NCBI RefSeq assembly: GCF_004102945.1
Contig: NZ_CP019384.1
Coordinates: 1,650,001 to 1,682,000, forward strand
Direction: 5' to 3'
Length of the DNA stretch: 32,000 nt
Source: Candidatus Velamenicoccus archaeovorus
GTDB lineage: Bacteria; Omnitrophota; Gorgyraeia; Velamenicoccales; Velamenicoccaceae
The number at the start of each line of letters is the position of its first letter. The stretch's first letter is position 1. The notes beneath the pieces are model-generated. The model saw nothing but the letters and a program-made list of their open reading frames with translations, was not told the origin of the DNA and did not search any database. This document shows positions 15,515-22,530 of the stretch, piece by piece. A program made the position numbers and the translations under genes.

Positions 15515-16993
15515 CTACACATTAAACCAAGAGGCGACCAAGGTCTTGCCGCCCGGCGTCAGATCGACATTGACATGCTTGACCTGCGTTAATTCGCACA
15601 GGCCTTCCTTGCCGAGTTCCCGGCCGAAACCGCTCTGCTTGTAGCCGCCGAAAGGCGCTTCGTTATAAAATCCGCCGAAGGTATTGACCCAGACCGTGCC
15701 TGCGCGCAGCCTTCTGGCCACGGTCGCCACCTTGTTGACGTCTTTTGTCCAGATCATGGCCGCCAGGCCATAGATCGTATCGTTGGCAATGCGCACGGCA
15801 TCCTCCGCATCCCTGACTTTGATGACCGACAGGACGGGACCGAAGATCTCCTCTCTGGCGATGCGCATGCTGTTGTCCACATCGGCAAAAATGGTCGGCT
15901 CGACGTAGAAACCCCGGCGCAAATCCTTCGGCGCGCCGCCGCCGACGACCAACCTGGCCTCTTTTTTTCCGACGGCGATATACTCCAAGACGGTTTTTCT
16001 CTGTTTATCGCTGACCAAAGGGCCTATGTCCGTTGCCGGATCCTCGGGCGAACCGACCTTGAGCTTTTTGGTCTTTTCAACCAAAAGCTCGACACACTTC
16101 TCATAAATGGATTCTTCGACCAGAAGCCGCGATCCCGCCACGCACATCTGCCCCTGATTCATGAAGATGGCGCACAAAGAGCCGTTGACGGCCGTCTCCA
16201 GATCGCAGTCCGCAAAAAGGATATTCGGCGACTTGCCGCCGCATTCCAGAGAAAGCCTCTTTAAATTCGAAGAGGCCGCCTTCATCACGTCCCGGCCGAC
16301 TTCCGTCGATCCGGTAAAAGAAAGCATATCGACATCCATGGATGCAGCCAGGCCGTGCCCCAACAGGCGGCCTTCGCCTGTCACGATGTTGACGACGCCG
16401 GCAGGCAATTCCACTTCCTGAAGGATCTTGGCCAGCTCCAGGCAGCTCAACGAGGCCTCCTGCGAAGGCTTAAGCACCAAGGTGTTACCTAAAATAATAC
16501 CTGAGGCAATCTTCCAGGCCGCCATCAGAAACGGATAATTCCACGGGATGACAGCGCCCACGACGCCTACGGGCTCCCGCAGCGTATAGCTCATGGCCGG
16601 CGCCGGGACCGTCATCGTCTCGCCCTTGACCTCGGCGGCAGCCCCAGCAAAATATTCGTAGGCATTGGCGGCGGTCGGGATATCGATGAACGTGGTCTGC
16701 TTGGTCGTCTTGCCGGTGTCCTGCGTCTCGATCTTCGCAAGCTCATAGGCGCGTTCACGGATCAGATGCGCCACGCGCACCAGGATCTGCGCCCGTTCAG
16801 ACAAAGACATCCGCGGCCACTCGCCTTCGTCATAAGCCCGGCGGGCCGCACGGACCGCCTCTTCCAGGTCCGCCGTCCCCGCTTTCGGGAACGATGCAAT
16901 CTTCTCTTCTGTCGCCGGGTTGGCGCCCTCCAGCCGCGCGCCGTCCCTGGCATCGCACATCTTGCCGTCGATATACATCTGATATTGCATCAT
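15515..16993 (-). CDS. NAD(P)+-dependent aldehyde dehydrogenase
   Basis: Catalytic blocks LECGGKSP and FMNQGQMCVAGSRLLV, plus EEIFGPV. I prefer the ATGATG start at 16993 (GAGGA 5 nt upstream) over the track's start at 17020. Confidence 0.9.
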   Translation of the reverse strand: MMQYQMYIDGKMCDARDGARLEGANPATEEKIASFPKAGTADLEEAVRAARRAYDEGEWPRMSLSERAQILVRVAHLIRERAYELAKIETQDTGKTTKQTTFIDIPTAANAYEYFAGAAAEVKGETMTVPAPAMSYTLREPVGVVGAVIPWNYPFLMAAWKIASGIILGNTLVLKPSQEASLSCLELAKILQEVELPAGVVNIVTGEGRLLGHGLAASMDVDMLSFTGSTEVGRDVMKAASSNLKRLSLECGGKSPNILFADCDLETAVNGSLCAIFMNQGQMCVAGSRLLVEESIYEKCVELLVEKTKKLKVGSPEDPATDIGPLVSDKQRKTVLEYIAVGKKEARLVVGGGAPKDLRRGFYVEPTIFADVDNSMRIAREEIFGPVLSVIKVRDAEDAVRIANDTIYGLAAMIWTKDVNKVATVARRLRAGTVWVNTFGGFYNEAPFGGYKQSGFGRELGKEGLCELTQVKHVNVDLTPGGKTLVASWFNV

Positions 16994-17039
16994 CTTATCC
17001 TCGCAGCATCCATGCCCCACACGCAGGTGCGGGGTAAAA

Positions 17040-18035
17040 CTATGCTACCGGCGCGCTCGTCCACAGATCGAAGAGCCGGTTGAACGGCACATACCAGCGC
17101 GAAATCTTGGCGAAATCCCCTTTAAGTTTCAGCTTCTTCTGCGTCGTCGCGGCAAAGGGATCGAGCTGGCGCTTGAAGATCGCGCGCCAGTAATCCGATT
17201 TGCCGGAGATCACGAATTCGGCGTCGCCGACCTTGTCCGTGAAATCCTTGATCCCGCCTCCGGAAAAATGGAAGCAGTATGCCGTCTGGGTCTCGTCCAG
17301 CACGACCGCCAGTTTCGTCTCCAGGTTCGTCTGCAGGGCGAGCTGGCGGAACTGGGCGTCCTGATTCACGAGACGCACAATCTCGACTATCTGCTCTTTG
17401 GAGAACAATTCAAAAGTCCCGCCCGCAGGAGAAACAGCCGCATTCCCGCCCGAAGCCGGCGCCGCCGGACGATCCACTCTTACATAAAGATCTTTGATGC
17501 AGGCGATCTTGACCGCTTCCTCCAGGGTCTGCGCCAAAAAGAACGCATCGTTCAACGTCTCTCCGATGGCCACGACCCCATGGTGCTTCAAGACAACGAT
17601 ATTGCTGTTTTTGAGCGCCTCGATCACCGGCATGATATCGGTGATCGTCGGCGTCTTCTGGTCGACGACCGGCACGTCCCCTAAAACAAGACGTGTCTCG
17701 AACGTATCAAAACTGATCCTGTCATGGACGGCAAAATACCCGTTGCAAAACGTCGGATGTACGTGAACGACAGCCTTGGCATCCAGATGCTGATAAACGC
17801 TCGTATGGAACAATTTTTCAGAAGACGGGACGAACCCTTTGACCAAGGGGTCGCCGTCCATGCGTATGGTGCAGACGTCTTCGGCCTTGAGCGCACCCAA
17901 GCAGGTGCCGCGGCCCGTGATCAGGATGGTCTCGTCGTCAACGCGCAGGCTTAGATTACCAGAGGCGCCGCCCGAGAGGTCCTTCTCCCAGATCCACTTG
18001 CCGATACGGATAATCTCGTCTATCTTTTTCTGCAT
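17040..18035 (-). CDS. Class II aldolase/adducin-family enzyme fused to a C-terminal SCP2 sterol-carrier domain
   Basis: The N-terminal half has GGASGNLS, VVHVHP (HxH metal ligands) and KHHGVVAIG. The C-terminal roughly 110 aa has an SCP2-like pattern (FVISGKSDYWRAIFKRQLDPFAATTQKKLKLKGDF). The ATG at 18035 lies 4 nt after the upstream stop. Confidence 0.8.
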   Translation of the reverse strand: MQKKIDEIIRIGKWIWEKDLSGGASGNLSLRVDDETILITGRGTCLGALKAEDVCTIRMDGDPLVKGFVPSSEKLFHTSVYQHLDAKAVVHVHPTFCNGYFAVHDRISFDTFETRLVLGDVPVVDQKTPTITDIMPVIEALKNSNIVVLKHHGVVAIGETLNDAFFLAQTLEEAVKIACIKDLYVRVDRPAAPASGGNAAVSPAGGTFELFSKEQIVEIVRLVNQDAQFRQLALQTNLETKLAVVLDETQTAYCFHFSGGGIKDFTDKVGDAEFVISGKSDYWRAIFKRQLDPFAATTQKKLKLKGDFAKISRWYVPFNRLFDLWTSAPVA

Positions 18036-18039
18036 ATCC

Positions 18040-18528
18040 TTATGCTCCCGGATTCTGTCCTTGCGTGCGGCCGACAAGGCTCATCGGCACTTCTTCCAGC
18101 AAAGGGACATATGTCTTGATCTTCGACGACGTCACCTTCATCCCCCCAATCTTTAACAGGTCGGCGCCCTTCGCCTCGCGCGGCATGGCGCCCTCATGCA
18201 AAACGACCGGGATCCGATGGGTGTGGGCGCAGAGGGCCGCGATCAGGGAACCCGTGCGGCAAAGCGCGACATCGTTTTTCCGGCCTTGCGCAAAGATGTG
18301 GACGGCGCTCACGAGTTTCCTTTCCATACAAAACGCCATCATATTATCGCAGATGACGACCGGCTTGACGCCGCGCCCTATGAGTTCTTTGGCGACGTCT
18401 TTCATGCCTTCCAAGGCCGGCCTCAATTCCGCCACAAAGACCTTTTTCGCCTTGAGTTGCGCGTAAAAATCCTCCTGCGGCACGCCGAAAATAAGAGGTA
18501 TTTGTTCTTTAACGAGCATGAATCGCAA
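18040..18528 (-). CDS. Truncated IF-2B/MtnA-family paralog (C-terminal Rossmann half only)
   Basis: 162-aa ORF. VFVAELRPALEG...VVICDNMMAFCM...CRTGSLIAALCAHTHRIPVVL parallels the ETRP..QG...LI.DNA...ANKIGTY..A..A....IPFYV region of the neighbouring MtnA-like protein. It lacks the GxDR Asp and the N-terminal domain. Confidence 0.6.
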   Translation of the reverse strand: MRFMLVKEQIPLIFGVPQEDFYAQLKAKKVFVAELRPALEGMKDVAKELIGRGVKPVVICDNMMAFCMERKLVSAVHIFAQGRKNDVALCRTGSLIAALCAHTHRIPVVLHEGAMPREAKGADLLKIGGMKVTSSKIKTYVPLLEEVPMSLVGRTQGQNPGA

Positions 18529-19477
18529 TATGTTTTGTCACCCATTGGTGCGGCACGACGTCGAAACCCGGATAAAAAGCGGCTGTGCCTTCAGGCGCAA
18601 GATTCCTGCCGGCAAAACACAGGATCTCTTCGTCCCGACGCACCTCGATCGGGATCTCGCGGCCTGAACTTAATTTGTCCGACGACTGGACAAGCACGTA
18701 AAAAGGGATGCCGAAATGCCGGGCCAGAAGAGCGATCTGATATGTCCCTATCTTGTTGGCGAAGTCGCCGTTGGCCGCGGAACGGTCGGAGCCGACAAGG
18801 ACGCAATCCACGTCACCATCGCTCATGACCTTGGCCGCCGCATTGTCCGGGATAAGCGTCACATCAAAACCCTCCCGTTTCAGTTCCCAGGCGGTCAGCC
18901 GCGAACCCTGAAAATAAGGCCGCGTCTCCGTGGCCAGAAAACGGACCTTCTTTTTTGCCTTTCGGCAGAACTCCGCGACTAGGGGCAGCTCGCCGGAGAC
19001 GTTGCAGTGCGTCAATACCGTGGCGCCGTCCTTGATCAATGCGGCAGCTTCCTGGGCCCTTTGATACCTCTTCTGCCTGATCCCCTGCTCCAAGAAACCG
19101 TTCATGGCCGAAATAAAATCCTGACGGAACATGGGACTTCCGGAGACCTTGCGCGCCACCCCCAGCACCATGCCCGTCACTTCCTCGAAGGGAAACGTGG
19201 GACGGCTCCTGTTGAAGGCCGCGGCGACGCGTTCAAGCAAACGCATCTGCGCACCGGCCGAAAGCCCGTCGGCCTTCTGCATCTCCAGCATGAACGTATA
19301 GCAGACGGTCAAAAACTGCCCGAAGGCGCGCGTCTTCATCGTCACGACCGCGTCGATCGCCTGATGATAATGACGGACCTTCAGGTAAACGATCCGCTGC
19401 GGTATCTTTGTCTCGTCTAAGATATAAAGCGTGCGGCCCTTCAGATGCACGGGCCAAAAGAGAACAGATTCTTTCAT
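18509..19477 (-). CDS. MtnA-type (IF-2B family) sugar-1-phosphate isomerase
   Basis: 322-aa ORF with LTHCN (catalytic Cys), ATETRPYFQGSRLTAWEL, VGSDRSAANGDFANKIGTY and IPFYV. No SD sequence precedes the ATG. Confidence 0.85.
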   Translation of the reverse strand: MKESVLFWPVHLKGRTLYILDETKIPQRIVYLKVRHYHQAIDAVVTMKTRAFGQFLTVCYTFMLEMQKADGLSAGAQMRLLERVAAAFNRSRPTFPFEEVTGMVLGVARKVSGSPMFRQDFISAMNGFLEQGIRQKRYQRAQEAAALIKDGATVLTHCNVSGELPLVAEFCRKAKKKVRFLATETRPYFQGSRLTAWELKREGFDVTLIPDNAAAKVMSDGDVDCVLVGSDRSAANGDFANKIGTYQIALLARHFGIPFYVLVQSSDKLSSGREIPIEVRRDEEILCFAGRNLAPEGTAAFYPGFDVVPHQWVTKHIAIHAR

Positions 19478-19686
19478 TAATTTTGCCTATACTAGGGTCC
19501 TTTTCCTCGCAAAATTAACCCCTGCCCGCCTTTGGGCGGGCGAGTCTACGCAGGAAATTTACGCCGGATGGCCGTCCTGGCCGGCTACGCCAGGCCGACG
19601 GCCTAGCCTTGGCGGAAATTTCCAAGTGATTAGACGCAAGGGTAACCTTAATATCCTTAATTTTGCCTCTACCGAGGTATTATTCC
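19478..19686 (-). repeat. Intergenic cassette copy 2, with a core at each end, before the MtnA-like gene
   Basis: Cores lie at 19476-19498 (TATAGGCAAAATTA directly followed by the ATG) and 19654-19678. Stem 19553-19567 pairs with 19607-19623 and encloses GGCCGTC/GACGGCC (19570-19576 with 19597-19603). There is an extra hairpin CCCGCC-tttg-GGCGGG. Confidence 0.7.
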
Positions 19687-20439
19687 TTATGACCCTTGCG
19701 CCAGCTTCTTGACCGCATCCAGGCACACCTTGACCACCCTGGCCTCGGCCTCGTAATAATCCGGGTTGATGAAACCGAGCTCGCCGGTGATCAGATTATC
19801 GCTGACGGCCGAGATCGAGGCGGCCTTGACATTGTTCAATTGCGCGATCGTCAGAAGCGCGCTCGACACCATGTCGACGGCCACGGCCCCCTCTTTTTTG
19901 ACCTTCTCGATCAATTCCCGGGTCTCGCGCAACAGCGCATCCGTCGTCCAGATCAGTCCTTTGCGGATCGAGACCTCGTTTTCTTTGGCCGTTGCTTCCA
20001 GGGCCGCCGTCACAGACACATCCGTCACTGTTTTATAATCCTTGTCCACGTAATAGGGCGTCACACCGTCGCCGCGCACGACACCTGTGGCCAGGACGAC
20101 ATCGCCGACCTTGATGGTCTCATCCAGGGCGCCGCAGGAACCGGCCCGGATGATGCACTCGACCTTCCCGGCGCACAGGATCTCGGCGATGATCGCGGAA
20201 TCCGGCGAAAACCGCCCGCCGTTGCCGACGGCGATCTTGATGCCCTCATAAAAGCCCGTATACATCGTATATTCAAAAAAGGAAAAGCTCTTGACCGGTT
20301 TTTCCAGATGCTCCAGGATCGCATCTCGGCGCTCGGCCGTGCCCGGAATAATGGCATACTTGCCGAAATCTCCCGGCTTGACTTGGACCATTCCCAGAAG
20401 ATCCCGACCTGTCAAATGGATGTCTTTCTTCATCTGCAT
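19687..20439 (-). CDS. PNP/UDP-family nucleoside phosphorylase
   Basis: 250-aa ORF with IIPGTAERRDAI, RAGSCGAL and VGDVV, laid out like hexameric PNP/Udp/MTAP-type phosphorylases. AAGGAG lies 7 nt upstream of the ATG. Confidence 0.8.
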   Translation of the reverse strand: MQMKKDIHLTGRDLLGMVQVKPGDFGKYAIIPGTAERRDAILEHLEKPVKSFSFFEYTMYTGFYEGIKIAVGNGGRFSPDSAIIAEILCAGKVECIIRAGSCGALDETIKVGDVVLATGVVRGDGVTPYYVDKDYKTVTDVSVTAALEATAKENEVSIRKGLIWTTDALLRETRELIEKVKKEGAVAVDMVSSALLTIAQLNNVKAASISAVSDNLITGELGFINPDYYEAEARVVKVCLDAVKKLAQGS

Positions 20440-20560
20440 AGTGAACTCCTTAATTTTGCCTATACCGAGGTTTTTTCCTTACAAAATTAACCCCGAAGCT
20501 CGCGAAAAAAATTTATTGCCGGCCTACCCTGGCAATAAATTTTCGAGCGTTTGAGCAAGG
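20440..20560 (-). repeat. Intergenic cassette copy 3 before the nucleoside phosphorylase gene
   Basis: Core at 20446-20471, and TTGTAA at 20484..20479. A perfect 12-bp stem AAATTTATTGCC/GGCAATAAATTT (20509-20520 with 20531-20542) has the loop GGCCTACCCT. A U-run follows it on the minus strand. Confidence 0.7.
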
Positions 20561-20906
20561 GGTCTTTCTTAACAATCGTCCGTCTCTGACGGGGTTAGGC
20601 CCTCCGCTATGTGGAATGCGGAGGCCTACCCTTTCTGGGTTAACTCCACCACCCGGCCTCATCGGATTGGCCGGTGTGCCGCTTCCTGCGGCGGTGTATC
20701 TTGAGAATTTCTGGATGCACCTGGCCCCAGCTGAACGGGCCAGTGTTCCGCTTTCTGCGGAACCCGTCCGAACTCTGTGAGGACTGGTCGCAGACAGATA
20801 TTGACAAAATGCAAACGCGAGGAGTAAGGTTAATTTCCTTCATTTTGCCTATATTGAGGTAGTTTTACCTTAATTCCTGCCTACAACAGGTTATTCATCA
20901 CAAAAG
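20561..20906 (-). promoter_or_regulatory. Long structured non-coding leader (candidate cis-regulatory RNA)
   Basis: Two more core copies lie at 20835-20860 and 20867-20891. Nested hairpins follow: GTTCCGC/GCGGAAC (20745-20751 with 20757-20763), GCCGC/GCGGC (20678-20682 with 20688-20692), CCGGCC/GGCCGG (20653-20658 with 20669-20674) and GGCCCTCCGC/GCGGAGGCC (20598-20607 with 20618-20626). No convincing ORF is present. Confidence 0.5.
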
Positions 20907-22433
20907 TTAACATTTTTCCCCCACATTCACGTCATTCTGTCTCAACGCCACCTTGTCGATCTTGCCGGTCCTCGTCTTAGGAAGAGTATCGACGAAAACA
21001 ACGGTGTGGGGGATCTTAAAATGCGCCAGGTGCTGGCGGCAGAATTGCTTGACGTCCTGATCCGTGAGCGCTGTGCCTGTCTTCAGGACGATAAACGCCT
21101 TCAATGCTTCTCCGCGCAGCGCGTCGGAGACACCGATAACCCCGACTTCCGCCACGGCCGGGTGCTTGTGGACCGCCTCTTCGATTTCCGCCGGAAAGAC
21201 AATCTGGCCGGAAACCTTGACCATGTCTTTCTTGCGGCCGGCGATATAATACATGCCCTCTTTGTCCCGGCGGCCCAGGTCACCCGTATGGAACCAGCCG
21301 TCCCGCAAGACTTCTGCGGTCAGGGCGGGGTCCTTGTAATAACCGTCCATGACCACCCAGCTCTTCAGGACGATCTCCCCGATCTCGCTTTCGGGCACGT
21401 CCTGGTCGTCATCGTCGACCAGGCGGACGCTGATCCACGGCGCCGGCCTGCCGATAGACTCGATCTTCTCGGACCCCATGGGCGTCACGATATTCGGGGC
21501 GTTTGTCTCGGTCATCCCCCAGCCGTTAAGCAGCTTGGCATTCGGGCAATAGGTCTTGAAGCGGCGGATGGCGTCGGGTGAATTCGGGGCGCCGAAGACG
21601 TTGACCCACCGGATGCTGGAAAGGTCGTATTTCTCGAATTCCTTGAGGTGCAGGAGGGCGTAATACATCGACGGCACCATGTGAAAACAGGTCACCTTGT
21701 ATTTTTCTATATTTTTGAGATACTCGACGGGAATGAAGCGTTCCATGAGAATGAGGGTGATGCCGTAAAAAATGCAGTTCTGCAGGTAGACCAGTCCGCC
21801 GCCGTGCGACAACGGCAAGGCCGATAATTTCACGTCGGACGGCGTCAAGTCCACGAAAAACTCCATCGCCTCCGGCGCCGCGTTCAAATGCCGGTAACTC
21901 AGGCAAACCCCTTTGGGGCGGCCGGTCGAACCCGAGGTGTACAGGATCAAGGCGGGATCGGATGCGCCGATGGACGCCGAGGGAGCTTTGGAAGACCCCT
22001 GGGCAACGAAGTCATCGAAAGAAAGATATCCTTCTTTGCGTTCACGCGCAAGAAGGATATCCTTGAGCTTCGGCACGTGCGCCTTGATATTCTCCAGAGA
22101 AACATCAGGCCTGCTCTTGGCGACGAGAAGGACGGAATCGGAATGGTTTAAGCAGGCTTCCAGCTCATCATTCTTCAGCATGAAATCGAACGGAACGACG
22201 GTGGCGCCGATAGAAAACAAAGCCAGGTAGGCGTAAATATATTCCGGCCAGTTCGGCAGATACAAGGCGACCTTGTCGCCCTTCTTGACCCCCGAGGCCG
22301 TCAGATTGTTGGCGAGCCTGAAGACCCTGTCTTTGAGCTCACCGAACGTAACAGGCTTGTCTTCAAAGATAATAGCGGCTTTTTTTGGAAAAGCAGCCGC
22401 CTGTTTTATCACCAAGTCCCGGATTATCTGCAT
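20907..22433 (-). CDS. AMP-dependent acyl-CoA synthetase/ligase
   Basis: AMP-binding motif YTSGSTGRPKGV, plus WGMTE, GWFHTGD and the C-terminal PKTRTGKI. The start is ambiguous. I prefer the ATG at 22433 because the GTG at 22460 would place a strong hairpin inside the coding sequence. Confidence 0.88.
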   Translation of the reverse strand: MQIIRDLVIKQAAAFPKKAAIIFEDKPVTFGELKDRVFRLANNLTASGVKKGDKVALYLPNWPEYIYAYLALFSIGATVVPFDFMLKNDELEACLNHSDSVLLVAKSRPDVSLENIKAHVPKLKDILLARERKEGYLSFDDFVAQGSSKAPSASIGASDPALILYTSGSTGRPKGVCLSYRHLNAAPEAMEFFVDLTPSDVKLSALPLSHGGGLVYLQNCIFYGITLILMERFIPVEYLKNIEKYKVTCFHMVPSMYYALLHLKEFEKYDLSSIRWVNVFGAPNSPDAIRRFKTYCPNAKLLNGWGMTETNAPNIVTPMGSEKIESIGRPAPWISVRLVDDDDQDVPESEIGEIVLKSWVVMDGYYKDPALTAEVLRDGWFHTGDLGRRDKEGMYYIAGRKKDMVKVSGQIVFPAEIEEAVHKHPAVAEVGVIGVSDALRGEALKAFIVLKTGTALTDQDVKQFCRQHLAHFKIPHTVVFVDTLPKTRTGKIDKVALRQNDVNVGEKC

Positions 22434-22453
22434 AGCCACATACTTTCCCTGGG

Positions 22454-22484
22454 GCCCCACGGGTATAGTCCGTGGGGCTTTTTT
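22454..22484 (+). terminator. Intrinsic-terminator-shaped hairpin, oriented on the plus strand
   Basis: GCCCCACGG (22454-22462), a 7-nt loop, CCGTGGGGC (22470-22478), then TTTTTT (22479-22484). On the gene-sense (minus) strand it is an A6-preceded 5'-UTR hairpin with no U-tract. Confidence 0.4.
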
Positions 22485-22530
22485 GATACGCCCTCGCCAG
22501 CCGCTTACGACGGACAGAAAATTCTGGCAA

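Noticed and set aside
19696-20490. 264-aa plus-strand ORF antisense to the phosphorylase gene
   Set aside because: Shadow frame with Arg/Asp/Gly-rich composition, extending into the intergenic cassette.
20561-20835. Possible cobalamin, SAM-I or ykkC-type riboswitch, or tmRNA-like 3' end (CTCCACCA at 20644-20651)
   Set aside because: Only short fragments resemble these consensus sequences. I could not find the B12 box with GGGAAGG, the SAM-I four-way junction with kink-turn, the ykkC GGGAGA terminus, or a T-arm before CCA. The region is left as an unclassified structured leader pending a covariance-model search.
20640-20862. Small ORFs 20640-20843 (-) and 20674-20862 (+) in the long leader
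   Set aside because: They lie in a region dominated by nested hairpins. The products are basic and low-complexity (HRRRKRH) with no motif. The minus-strand ATG sits inside a cassette core copy, which I note in the findings, but coding potential is unconvincing.
19476-20891. CRISPR-like appearance of the repeated roughly 26-nt core (six copies)
   Set aside because: Spacing is irregular (about 5 to 390 nt). The copies coincide with ribosome-binding sites and gene starts, are imperfect, and no cas genes are present.
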